From positions 16,244,001 to 16,308,000 of the forward strand of contig NC_079171.1 of assembly GCF_947568905.1 (NCBI RefSeq): 64,000 bases of DNA, read 5' to 3'. The DNA comes from Ostrea edulis (taxonomy: Eukaryota). The translations under genes were made by a program, and so were the position numbers. The notes below the pieces were generated by a model that did not search any database, was not told the origin of the DNA, and saw nothing but the letters and a program-made list of their open reading frames with translations. This document shows positions 11,721-24,700 of the stretch, in pieces; positions within the stretch are counted from its first letter, which is position 1; each line of letters starts with the position of its first letter.

Positions 11721-13123
11721 AAGATCGATACTTTTGGTCAAAAATTAACGTCCATGCTAAGAATGTTTAATTTTCCCAAGCATTTTCATGTAAATCTAAG
11801 TACGCTTTATCTCGAGCTCTCAAACTATTTTATATTACAAATTATATTTACTAACTTTACGAAACACTGCTGCGGAAGTGGTAACTAATGTAAAAAAAAA
11901 TATGACACACGTCGGAATGTATGCGAGAAGCAGACGTGTGAAAAAGAAACAGGTGCAAATTCACAACGTGTGCGACACATATATTCCTTAACAAATAGGA
12001 TAGAGACGATCGAGTCAAGCGACACTAGCTACCATGGCCGCGGAAATGCTGTTGATCTTGTAAACGAAGTAGTAGCTCATATTGACGTTAACTAGATCTA
12101 CTCCCGTGGTTTGAAGGAAGACGAATTGTATAGCTAGACAATTTCTCCGAAGCCAAGTATAATATATACACGTATATATATTTTTTTTAATTAAAATTTT
12201 AATTTGTTTTCATTAACTCAGTTTTTGTTCTATAATCATGAAAATTCTAAATATTACAATAGGTTAAAAAAAAATATAGTTTCTAACAATGTATTCAAAA
12301 ACAGGCACGAAGAATTAGGCTGTCCCCTTTTTTTATTTTGTAGTGCAAATAAATTGAGACTGTCCCCTCCCCCATTACTTTTAACAGTAGCTGTATATGA
12401 AAAGAATATAAGCTTGAAAGTTATTAATAAAGAATATTTCGCCAACCCTAACCCCAAGTGAACATATCAATGTATAACTTCAAGGACGCCTACCTCAAAA
12501 TTCAAGATTAGCTTCATCCCTTCATATTTCTACAAGAAGTTAGGTATTAGAATAGCTTTTAATTGCAGTGTTTGCAAAACATATTATTGACAGGTTTTTT
12601 AGCAGTGCTTAATTTAGTATCTGAACTACCCTGTTTTTGAGTACTAATTTCCACCCCAAATCCTTAAATTTTCCCAATTTCTTATCATATGATTATGTTT
12701 AAGCATGTTATTATTATATATTTTATATTTTGCATATATTCTAAAGATTATTGTAAAAGATATAGATAAAAATTCCATCAAATTATATTTTTGGAATTGA
12801 AAATCGGAATGATCTTGTAAAATTCACAATTTTTCCGAAAAGGGGTTAATTCAAAGCTTATTATTTCCCTTGTATACCGAGAAAGTGACCATGAAATTTA
12901 TACACATTGTAAAGGACATTCTGATGGTGTTTCATGAAAAAAAGAAAAAATATTTATTGACTACTTTTGGTCACATCGTCCGGCATTTTTTAAGGCAAAT
13001 TTTGGTCTTAAGACAGATCGTAGTCGTAAGATAGTTTTGTGAAACTGGGCCTTGGAGTCTATCTCTCTGGTAAACAGAGTAAATGATAATTCAGCATTGG
13101 TAGACATGGTCACTACCTGATTA

Positions 13124-13742
13124 TGGGCGCGCTTGATTTATCTACACCGACCACAAAGTGTACACCTTTCTGTAATTAAGTGCAAATGTGTACACTTTTT
13201 GGTGTACACCTTCTACCCCCTGTACAGGGCATGTGTTGGTAAATGCACCAAACAATCAATATGGCTGACAAATGGTGAGACGGAAATTTTGCAAATGTTT
13301 TTCTTCGTATTTTCTTAGTTATAAAGTATATAAGAGAACAATTCCAATTCCAATGTATTGTATGTAGCCATTTACAAGAGTTTAAGATACATGCTTATTT
13401 AAAAGAATAAATGAAAACGATTGATGTTTCCGTACAATCATCAAAAAACAAGTTCGGTGCCAAAAAATCAACAAATATTTTGGAGTACGATCGGTTATTT
13501 TTCTATGTCTGTAGGTATTAATAAATGCTCATCAAAATACATTTTTGTACTTTAAAAAATCTAATTGTAGTAATTATTTATTTTGTACTTGCATTAAAAA
13601 TCATTAACTCTCCGATGAGGATTTCCTCAGCTGCTGAACGTCCATATTGAGTATACTACACTACACCAATTATGCACTTGATTATTAGGTGTAAACCGAC
13701 TACACCTGGTGCACAACGGTGTAGACAAATCAGGCGCGCCTA
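13124..13742. mobile_element. MITE with ~28-bp TIRs, TA-flanked
   Basis: Left tgggcgcgcttgatttatctacaccg vs right (rc) taggcgcgcctgatttgtctacaccg; TA on both sides. Confidence 0.75.
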
Positions 13743-14081
13743 TATGATAACTACAGGAAATGTGTCTCGTACAAACTTATACTTATTGTTGTAAATGTCA
13801 TAAAATAATGGACAGTTTCCAAAAATATCAATTCAAAGGGAGGGAAATCGGATTAATTTATACACGGATATAATAAATCGAACTTACTTTCATTTTAAAA
13901 CACGGACGGAATTTTCATAAGAAGATAAAGGTAATCTCATTATCAGAAAGACTTAATTCATACCATATCAACTGTAATTCACCAGCTTTTGATTCAATTT
14001 CAAATACAGTCATTGTGATGATGAAGTGTCTTATTACAATATATCTAAGCTTTGTGATCTATGACGAAATAACCATTGCAG

Positions 14082-17000
14082 AATCGACTTGTGAAGGGTA
14101 AGTATAAATGTATCCCATTGGAGATACAGTGTCAGTCAATAAATATTATTTTAATCTTTGAGCACGATAACTACATACAACACCCTTACATATTTCAGAA
14201 AAGATGGTGTCATTTGCTGTTATGGATACAAATGGAGCGAACAATACAAAACCTGTATCAGTGAGTGTTGATTTTTCTTTCTTTGTCAATTTCTCATTTC
14301 AAATAAAATAAATTTTATATAATGGATCCGGCTAAAAGCTTTTATTGAGTCATAAAAATCAGCATTGTAAAAGCCAGAGGACTACTTGCATACACACTTT
14401 ACATCAGTTTACAAGTAATATGGCAAGACATTAACATTTTGTCTGCTACTGAAAATGTATGGATGTGCGCTTCATGAAATATTACCACATACAGAATTAT
14501 AGAATGCGTAAAAAAAAAGTTGACCTGATATCGGGAAATGCCCGCCTTAAGGTTTATACACGTAAGTGGACCTCACAAGCTCGGTCCGTTTTCCCACGTA
14601 CATACATTTACCACGGTCTGGCATATTAGCTGATATTCACTCAGTAAACTTGGAATCAGCTGTGGATGGTAAGGAATGAGCACAGCTGTGCAATTCTTTT
14701 ATGTATATACATATATATCGCCATCTTTTTATTTATTTTCAAAGAATGTTCTTCGGGCTACTTAGGACTAAATTGTTCTAAAGTTTGTCCCTACCCCACC
14801 TATGGTGAAAGATGCAGCAGGAAATGCAATTGCGAGAGACATACATGTCATCATGAGGTCGGATGTGTCAACAAATTTGGTACTTATTTCATACAAACAT
14901 TTCTGAACGACGTTTATTTTTTATACTGCTAAGGTTAGACAATTTTTTATTGAACAGTGAATAAAATCTTATTGAACAGTGCATGGAGTGCATCGATTCA
15001 AAAATCTTATAAAGATCTTGACTATTTTAAAAGTGCGAACTTCAGACGACAACAAATGATAGAAATACAATGTCATTCCTTAATATGTATGTTGTAAGGG
15101 AAACAAATATTTGTAATTTGTCTTGCACGGTATTCAATATAGATAATGCCTCATAAAAAGTTAAATGAGGACCGAGGCACAAAGTCACCGTACGTGTTGG
15201 TCAGATAAACATCCTCAATGCCTGGGTTTAAGGCAATATAATATGTAGATATTTTGCTTACATTTTGATGGTTTGTTTATTTGATTGTTTTACGTCCGGT
15301 CGAGGAATTTTCACAAGCTGTGAGTGAATTACCACAACTTATGACCTATGATTAGCGCTCAGAACCGTATCAGCGAGGGGTCTTTAACGTGCCAACGCCT
15401 GCCACGACACGGGACCTTCGTTTTTAAGGTCATATCCGAAAGACCTGTGCTTCTCACTTCTAAATGCTGAGCGTTTGGTGAGGGAGCAATCACTACCTAT
15501 GTTCACGTATTAGGTTTGACGCGGCTATGGCACAAGCGAGGCTTGAACTCACGGCCTCCATGTTACGAAGCAAACTCTTTACCAATTTTAACTTCAGTAA
15601 GAGTCGAATCACGTCTTGTTCACTGGCGCGAATTATCAGATCAAACGAGATGCGAAGCGTGTTTGATCTGATGATCCGCGCCAGTCAACGAGACGTGATC
15701 CAGCTATTCGGATCAACTTACTGTAGTAATCATAAATTCATCATCTGCCCCCTTCTGTATTTTTAAAATCATATTTAAAATATAATAAATGAAAATAAAT
15801 CCATATTATTAAAGACGCAGAAATGCATACAGAGAAATCATATTTTGTGTATGCAGTTTTAAATTGTTTGTGACGCGATCGATGTTTTCCACAAGAAAGT
15901 TGCGTTCATACATTGTGACATCATCAGTTTCAGAGGATACTGAATCAGGAAACCACAGTGTAAACTGGTACCTTGACCTTGCTTCTCTCGTGTGTAGCAC
16001 CAATAAGCGGGGAACCAGTTTAACCACAGTGTGGTGATCCGAAAAATCGGATCAGACTCTGTGAAATCAACAATATCAAAAAACATTGATGGGTATATAA
16101 TAAATATTCTAATGCTCTGAATAATTTTCCATATCATTCGAAAGCAAGCTTAATTAGGTATCAATATTGAACTACCAAGTCATGGAATGTTATTACCTAC
16201 AGTCGTATATAGGAAACTACCTCCGTATACAACTGAATATGTTTTGATACACATTAGGTGAATATTCTCGCTACATTAAAGTACATACAAAGTAAATAAG
16301 AATTTCGTTTCATTCTTTATATTTTATCCTTCTGTGAGTCAATGTTTACACATTTATCTTGTAGAGAACACGTTCAAGCACTCGGAATCCGCTAAACGAA
16401 ACACTACATCACGCGGGTTCACTCACAAAAACCACATTACATCTCGCTCTACAGTCTCGCCATCCACTGCCAGAAGTCAGGCAGCTGAAGCCACTGAATC
16501 TAACTATCCTTCATCTATGGAGGAAAAATTGAGATTAATCATCAACAGATTATCAACTAATCCACAAAGCCAAACGGGCAGAAGGTTACAAGTTCCTCTA
16601 CAGATAGGCATGGCGTCGACACTATTGCTTCTTTTTGTTTTGATTGTTGTATACCTGGTCAAAAGGGGAGCGAAATGTGGCATACCTTTAAAATCCAAGT
16701 CATCAAAAATACTATCGGAAGATTCCGATCCTTACCTTTATTTGGAAGACATGGAGCAATTGTCTCCATCTGGCACCCCTATCTTCAATGGACTTGCAGA
16801 AGTACGGATGAACTACGATGATGAACAAAAGCTGTATACACTGGGACTTCGAACACAATCTGTCAGAGGGGAAGGACCCACCACTCACGAGATTACAAAT
16901 CATATTCAATGGAATGGAGCGGTGCATACCCCGGTAACGACATCTCATCTGACACCCACTTGTACTCCAGACCGTCCGATGTCTGGAGAACATAATAAAT

Positions 17001-17119
17001 ATCTGGAAATAAAAGCGTGCGCCGAAAGTCGTGAAAGCGACGATCCATACCTTCACGTCGTATCTGATGGTGGTCAAAATAATTACCAGCGTACTCAATC
17101 ACCATTAGTGAAAATATAA
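14082..17119 (+). CDS. Spliced EGF-like / mucin-stalk / TM receptor gene (MEGF10/SCARF-like architecture); 5' exons not resolved
   Basis: Phase-consistent exons 14082-14097 (ESTCEG), 14199-14260 (KDGVICCYGYKWSEQYKTCI), 14745-14879 (CSSGYLGLNCSKVCPYPTYGERCSRKCNCERHTCHHEVGC) and 16365-17119 (S/T-rich stalk, TM GMASTLLLLFVLIVVYLV, cytoplasmic tail). All GT-AG. Confidence 0.75.
15277..15590 (-). mobile_element. tRNA-head SINE with Deu/Nin-like core
   Basis: rc reads tRNA-like head (gagttcaagcc), then ggtctttcggatatgaccttaaaaacgaaggtcccgtg..ggcacgttaaaga, then an aaacaa tail. Confidence 0.75.
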
Positions 17120-17776
17120 AATTCTTGTATGCTATTTCAAATATATTGCCAAACAGAGTTTATGAAGAACTCGGAAGAGATAAATGTCCGCAATGGAGAA
17201 AGTTATTTTATTTGTTGTTATACGTCCCTTCGAGAATTTTTCACGGGAAGATTCTAGTATGCCGGTTCCCTATAATCCGCGACTGTGCAAAGGCAGTTAT
17301 TCCTCCGTTGCTAAGCGGACTGTGAACACACCACAATTTGCATTTCCCCTCGGATGCTGAGACGTAAAACACGCTAATACTTCGTGTAATAAAATTGATA
17401 CAAAGCCTTGCGGCGTTTGAGCATAATTAAGCGGTGGCTTGGGGTGGCACCTTCGACAAGTCAGGCTAATTTAATGAGTTAACTATACAGATTTTTAAAA
17501 AAAAAATGTATTGATAAAAGCAGGGTAGTTAGGGGCAGTCCCATTTCAAAGTGTCCGTTGGCCAAAATGTCGATAAAAACGGGGGGGGGGGGGATATTAA
17601 GGGGTTTTTTTCAATACCGTACATGCTAAAACATTTCTTGTAGAATGGGGGATGATCAATATCCTTTCTGAATCCCAGATTAGTTTCAGTGTGCTTACAT
17701 CAACATCAGTAGTAACGTAAATAACACACACGTGCTAATTTCCTAAACAACGAACTCTATCTATTTTACAACTTAA

Positions 17777-18366
17777 AGCTGTATGACCCGATGTTCATGT
17801 ATTATTTTTGTACATAATTACTTTAAAGCAGATTAATTACTTTATAAAGTTATTAACTTTTCTTTAATTACATGCTTGAAAACATCTGTATGTAAAAGAA
17901 AACAGTGAGAATATTGTTTAGAACGTAAATATAGCGGGTACATGTATAAATCATCCCATAATAGACGTCTATCAATAGACCCACGCGCGTCAGGGGAATC
18001 CCAACATGATGTATTAACTCATAAGCAACTGTCTAGTTTTAAGGCTGAAAGAGCGTAAAACAACGAATTACTAAGAGGTATTTGATATTTTTATTTCTAT
18101 TAAACTTATGGCACGGTACTGTTGAAACAAAATACACAGATAAGACCAACGATGATCTGAAAGTTTGAACTGGTCACGTGACTGTCACTTGAAATGGCAG
18201 GGTGACTCGGTTATTTGTAAACATCGATTTAAAATCAAATAATTTGGGTTAAAACAGATGAAATAATGTAGGATATGTCATACAGCCTTATAACTACATA
18301 CGTGCGATGATTTAATAGCATTTTTACGAGATGGAAAAAAAATATTGTAATTCGGACCATACAGCT
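17777..18366. mobile_element. Kolobok-type MITE
   Basis: TTAA TSD at 17773-76 and 18367-70; TIR agctgtatgacccga / agctgtatggtccga. Confidence 0.8.
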
Positions 18367-18679
18367 TTAAACTGCACGTCTTTTTTGCATTCTGTTTTTA
18401 TTTGGAATTTCAAAAAAATGTGTTTAAAAACAGCTTTTTTTAAAAACTTCATTTGACACAAGGAATTCAAATTTGGGCTTTAAAATTTTGCGGTTTTTTT
18501 TACCGTTTTAACATTTTACCGATCGCTCACACTATCGTACATATATATCAAACCACCATCGATGGCACTTATTTTAGCGCCATATTTTGGGGACCGGTAT
18601 ACTAGACATTTTCACTCATACGGAGTGTCACCAGCTTTTGATGGAGTGCCACAAACTTTTACTTGTGCAACTCAACAAT

Positions 18680-18992
18680 CGCAGTAGCTCAGTTGTAATT
18701 CGTTTTGTAACCGGAGGTAGTGAGTTCGATACTTGATTTTTTCATGGCCGCGTCATACATAAAACTACATGATTGCTCCTTTGCTAAACATAGGTATTTA
18801 GAAGTGAGAGTCACGGGTCATTTAGATATGACCTTAAAAATGGAGTTCCCGCATTGCGTCTGGCGTTGGCACGTTAAAGAATTCGCACTTCGTCGGCTCT
18901 GAGCGCTAAACATGGGTCTGACGTAGTACTTAACCTAGAGCCGGTGACTACTCCATACGAGTAAAAATTTCTCAAAGGGACGTAAAACAAAC
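18680..18992 (+). mobile_element. Deu/Nin-core SINE, full length
   Basis: agtagctcag..gagttcgat head, gatatgaccttaaaaatggag..ggcacgttaaaga core, cgtaaaacaaac tail; same family as 15277-15590. Confidence 0.75.
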
Positions 18993-19218
18993 CTGTGCAC
19001 ATCGACCGTGGCAGTGAAGATTCGTGATCATGTGAACAGTTACCGTGTAACGCGACCTCCGTTTTTAATGGAAACGTGGGGTAATTTGTACATAATTTTT
19101 TTTAACTGTTTGGGGTTGGTGGGTGAGGGTTTTTGGATGGTTGATTGATTTATTGTATACCCCATCATGCAAACAATTAATCAAACATTTCTTATTTGTA
19201 TTTGTGTGATTCAGTTTG

Positions 19219-20194
19219 TTTTATACGCCAGGCTTTAGAATTATGGTACAGCGATGTCTGTACGTCCGTCCATCCGTCCGTCCGTTAGGGGTTTTCCGTT
19301 TCTAATTTCATATCTCTGTCACATACCAAGCTGAAAATTACTATGTATCTTCTTTGTGGATCACTCTAGATTTTGTTGCAATATTGACCTCTCTTGTAGG
19401 AGTTTTACCCCTTTATTTGAAAGTTATTGCTATATGGAGGGTACTTAATTTGTCCGGCTAACTCCTCCTACAATTTTCAGGTGAGGACCATCTTGTTTTA
19501 CAAAGTGTATGGACATGTGGCAAGGATTTTTATTTTCTTCAATTTTTGAGAAAATTACAGGTTGTTGAACTTAATCCGTTTTGAGACAATATTGCAAAGA
19601 TAGTACATGATTTGTTCAGTGACCTCCTCCCACAGTTTTCAAGTGAAAACCTTTTTTCACACACTGTTTATATAGGTTTTATGTGGCAAGGATTTTGATT
19701 TCCTTCAATTTTGAAGAAACTTACAGGCTATTGAACTTAGTCAGTTTTATTACATAGAGAGTACATGATTTTTCTGTTTTTCTTTCCATAGTTTTCAAGT
19801 AAGGATCTTATTTTAAAGGGTAAGGAAGATGTGCATGTGGCAAGGATTTTGATTTTCTTGAATTTTATGAGAAAATTACAGGCTATTGAACTTATTTTGT
19901 TTTCCTCTTACAGTTTTCAAGTGAGGACCTTCTTATCTTAAAGAATATTTGAATTGATATAGAAGATGTGCATGTTGCAAGGATTTTGATTTTCTTTAAT
20001 TTTGAAGAAAATTACGGGTCGTTGAACTTAGTCCTTCTTTTAGGGAAAATTCATATTATGCAAAGAGTATATGACACGGCCTGATGATGGCTGATACTAC
20101 CTGAAGCAAAGTTCTACAAATTATGGCTCAAGAAAAAAAAACTATGTAAGCGTTTTGTCGGGCGTATTATGTGCCGTTTGCGGTAATCTTGGTT
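19219..20194 (+). mobile_element. Non-autonomous Helentron (HINE) with internal tandem monomers
   Basis: tttatacgcc subTIR, (gtcc)n microsatellite, repeated gtggcaaggattttgatt..gttgaacttag monomers, right end gggcgtattatgtgccgtttgcgg..tcttggtt. Confidence 0.75.
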
Positions 20195-20195
20195 A

Positions 20196-20655
20196 TTTGT
20201 ATACCCCACTCAACAAAGTTGCGGAGGGTATAATGTTTTTTACCCGTCCGTCAGTCCCTTTCTTTTCAGCGCAACTCCTCTGAGACCGCTCAGCAGAATT
20301 TCGTGAAACTTTGTAGTTACAGTGTAATAAGGACTAACTGTGTAGATGGATGTGCATATTTCCAGGAAATTCTTATTCAATAATTTTTCTGGGAGGTATG
20401 CCCCTTTTGAACTTAGAATTTCGAGCCCGTCTGTCCTGTTCTTGTTAGCGCAACTCGTCTGAATCCGCTCAACAGAATTTTGTGAAACTTTGTAGTTAAT
20501 AAGAACACATTGTGTAGATGTGCATATTCCCAGGTATTCTGATTCAATAATTTTTCTTAGAGTTGTGCTCCTTTTGAACTCAAGATTTCTAGCCGTCTGT
20601 CCTGTTCTTGCAGTAATGCATAGCATTACCATTCATCATGTGAGGCATTGTCAAT

Positions 20656-20689
<34 letters not shown>

Positions 20690-20700
20690 TCTCTGCTTTT
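20196..20700 (+). mobile_element. HINE with two Cg170-like satellite monomers
   Basis: tatacccca / tggggtatg subTIR pair, ccgtccgtcagtcc, two ~178-bp gcgcaactcctctga..cagaatttcgtgaaactttgtag monomers, gtgagcttgctca hairpin. Confidence 0.75.
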
Positions 20701-21059
20701 TTTCAATTTAAATGAATATAAATTTTGTGTTAAGCTAAAAGCACGCTAGCGTAGCACAGTGCTTTAATCCAGACATTAAATGCAATGGAATAGCATATGA
20801 TTATCAATGACAAAATTATGTAAATAATTTAACATAGCATTGCTCTCCGCACCAACAATAACAAAATGTATTCGTTTTCTCGTTTCTTTTTTATGCTTAT
20901 ACATATATGAAATTGTAACTACATTGTATATAGTTTAAGCTAAATATCACAATTAGTACTTGTGCCTTTGTTTATCAGTTTGTTTTTGTTATAATTTTTC
21001 TGTATTTTAAGAATGCAAGCTTCTGTCTCATTTGTTTTGTATCCTGATTTAGTATGTTG

Positions 21060-21470
21060 TTTGTTTGGTTTACGTCTTTTCTAGAATTTTTCGCTTATAT
21101 TGAAACGTCACAAGCTGTAGGTGAAGTACCACAAAGTTAGACCTATGCTTAGCGCTCAGGGTCGTAACTGTGGGTGTTTTTAATGTACCAACGCCTGCCG
21201 AGACATGAGACTCTGTTTTAATGTCAATCTAAAAGACATGTGATTCTCACATGTTCTCACCTCGAGTATATCCAGGGGTTCGTGTTTGCGCAAGTCTTAA
21301 TTTGTATTCCTTATAGGAGTTATGAGATTGATCACTGTTCGTTAGCTTCACCTTTTCAAAATACCAAGAATTTGGTGACGGAACAATCACTAAGTACTTT
21401 GTTTACGTCGTAGGTTTGACGAAGCCATGACACGAGGGGAATTGAACTCACGACCTTCCAGTTACACGAC
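21060..21470 (-). mobile_element. Deu/Nin-core SINE interrupted by a PLE-tail fragment
   Basis: SINE body on both sides of 21250-21356. Confidence 0.65.
21250..21356 (+). mobile_element. Penelope-like 3' tail fragment
   Basis: gtatatccaggggttcgtgttt..ttataggagttatgagattgatcactgttcgttagcttcaccttt. Confidence 0.7.
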
Positions 21471-21484
21471 CTCACGTGACTTCA

Positions 21485-21715
21485 TCATGACATCTACCAA
21501 ATCATGTCATGAAATAAATAAAGCAGGGATAGAAAATAATTCCTAGTGGAGTTATTTAGAATCATTCAGATACAGTCACGAAAAGGTTCCTTTCAATGTA
21601 CGTTTCTAAATGCAGTACACTGTTTCCATTTTTGATAAAGTTGAAATGCTGAACGGAAGTTTTCGTCCACTACTCGCCTTAATTGTTACAATATTTGTTT
21701 CCTTGTTATTAGTCA
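21485..21715 (+). repeat. Non-coding segment duplicated at ~36818-37060 (downstream flank of the receptor duplication)
   Basis: Collinear match catgacatctaccaa..gaaataaataaagcaggg..gttatttagaatcattcaga..aaaaggttcctttca..ttctaaatgcagtacac. Confidence 0.8.
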
Positions 21716-24700
21716 TATGATACAACATATTTTACAAAGTGTTGGATAATTTAATTTCTTTCTTAATTGATAGTATGACCGAAAAGGGAAAAAACCAGTG
21801 CTGATCTAATTTTGTATGTCCTTACATGAAATGCCGACTTTAGCAACTCACATATGGAAATAAAACTATGTCTTGATAAAGTAACATGCTTTACTCGTTT
21901 TTAAAGCTTCGATGTTTGTTTTTCGGAATCTCTTTAGATTTGCTCATGCTGGGGAAGCTAGTTTGCATGAATTTAATGATTATTACCAACAAGCGTTGCT
22001 CGAAGGTCAGTGATACCGATAAATAGAAGATGTATTTTATTATGTATTTCGTTGGTATGACACAGTTATCACACAATATTGCTTGTTTTGGTGCATGACA
22101 ACTTATAAGTATTGCCTCTACAGCGACATGCGAACGGAAGGTGTAAGCAGAGCCGGTTATACGAAACTAAATAGTTACCGGACTTTCTACGTTTGTATAT
22201 ACATGTACGAAACTGTTCAGCTTCCTAGCTTCTGTTTATTTTTGCAATATATCATTTGACATACTACCATACTACATAGTTCTCTGTGTCTCCGGTTTGT
22301 GTGCAAACGACCTCTGGCGGAAGTTTGATCATTTGACATAATAGAAGATGTTAATTTTAAGATAGACGTAGCTTTGTTTCGAGTTGTACAATCCATGGTT
22401 AAAGGAAATCCATGGAAATGTGTACAAGTGTACTCCAAGTTTGTTTTATTTTATTTTATTGACCTGTGACGGTGAATTATATTGTCGTGTTAATGACAAG
22501 TCAAACTATATATCCAAAATTGTTACGAAATCGTTTGAATTCGCGTATGATACGTATGAAACAGTGATTGATAACCCCAAGCTTCTCGCACACTTGCATA
22601 GACATTTCTTTGGTATACAATGTACAATAACACAATTTACTTTATGCATTATATACCTTTAAATAAACTAACTTCCATGTCGTTTTCAACACAAAATATA
22701 AGGAGATGTTATTTATTCTGTACAGAAATTAAACAGCTATTATACTGCTCAGGCGATTAAATTCAGTTAAAGTTTCAAATTCTGTGGATTGTGTTTATCA
22801 CTTCACCTGATTCAAGCGTCGGGGAATGCCGGTGTTTTGTTGTGTTGGTTTTTTTTTTATACTAAACTTAAAGTGTCGGTTTACATGCCTGCGTGCAAAT
22901 GTATGGAATTGTGTAGCCTTGGGCGAAACAAATCGTCAATCCGCGGAATTTTAATACCGTGGATACAGAAATAGATACGGCCAGGGGTTGATTAATCCAC
23001 CTTTAGTAATGTAGTACGTGCATCGTCTATTAGTTGTGGTGATGATTTACAAGATACTTTAAATTTCTTAACTTTTTTTAAATTACTTTTGCATTCAATA
23101 ATGAAGCCACAATGCAGGAGATTCCAGATTTTTACATTGATCCTAAACAAGTATTAAAATACTGACAAAATAAATCAAATTCATTTCATACCTGCATTAA
23201 AGGAAGTCGAGTAAAAATTGAAATCTTATTTAGTTACAAACATTATGTCTATACATAGATAGCATATTTTAGACTAAATTAAAGTATCTCTGAAGAGGAG
23301 TGACGATAGACTCCCAGCTTCACTGTAGATGACTAAAAGGTGAGACACATTTCACAGGATTGATCTCGGTTTTTCTTCAGTTAACTTTTCAACAATCTTT
23401 ATGAGGGTGATAACATTATATATCTTGATTTTACACCCTTAAAAAATCGAATTTCCTTGCCGGCAAGACTTTTAAAAAGTTACTATCAATCGAGATGTCA
23501 CGACAAAATGGAACAACATACATGTAGGTGATCAGATGACAGCGTTCTATGGAATGGTTGCGTTAAGGCAGACATATGAGAATCTACAAGACGTACCAAG
23601 TCCATGGCGACAAGAGTTTTTTGCTGTTTTGAATCGTGATTTGTTGCTTTTTTTATTCCCTATACCTTACTATCGGAAATGTAAACCTGTCCAGTCTATC
23701 CTAACACGTAACACCGATGCAAAGTGAAGCTAAGCAGAACTCATTCCCGAACTGTACTTTTATGTAATCCATGTAAAATGAAATATCCAGCTAATATGGC
23801 GGATAAGAGACACTGAAAATTCTAGAAAATCTTATGAATCCATGTCAGTTTTAACTATAAACTAGCAAATACTCCATTGATTAGCAGCAAAACGTTAGCA
23901 CATATTCGTATTTGACGAAATTGAAAATGTAGCTAATCTAGATATACAACACAGCGTGACAAAAAATTGCAGAGCCGACGTCCACACTGCCTAAGCACAT
24001 ACATCACACGGTTGGTACACCTTAAATAAGTATGCATCTATCTATGTCTGCAACATGTGCAAAAAATAGTCTGATCTTGCTGAGGAGAAACACGCTTCAA
24101 AAAGATTTAATGATCCAAACAATATATCCACGAATGTGTAAATTTAAGTCATCTAGATAGTGAATCAAAATATGATACCCAGTCTTCTCCCATACACGAT
24201 CTGATATCGACTAGGGAAATACGACAACACATTACTAGAAGGAGACGGTTGATCCAAGTCTTCGTACAAATGAACACACCACATATGATGGTAACAATCT
24301 CGTAGCACTCTTTTCAACCAGACATTGAAAAAACACTTTCCTGAAGCATTTCAGTTTAATAAAATGATCTCTATCTACAAAGGAGAAAACAAGAGAAATG
24401 TAATCCTATCATTACAGAGGTAGCACACTGACTTCTGTTTAACATATTTTTAAAAATTCCCATTAAAATTGATATGGTTGAAAAATGCATCTCATTTTCA
24501 CACACACTACCGTTTGGTTTTACAAACAACCATGGTGATATAGTATAATACCAGCCTGTCTGTCCTGAAATAAGACATTAGCTATTACGCATCTAAATGG
24601 TTCTCACGTTTTCTGTACTCGTGCAGTAGATACTTGTGGGAGATTATGACAAATGATAAAATACTGATATAACGATAGTGAATGTTTTGTCTCCATTGTT

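Noticed and set aside
15809-16137. Minus-strand ORFs within the receptor intron
   Set aside because: No recognisable motif or convincing splice context.
21948-23900. Possible third receptor paralog (exon-like 21948-22015, micro-exon ~22122-22142, TYENL and SYESM motifs)
   Set aside because: No Cys-rich or TM exon links them, and the splice sites could be chance.
24200-24400. Minus-strand peptide LLPSYVVCSFVRRL, faintly like NOC4L
   Set aside because: Short match, immediate stop and no supporting exons.
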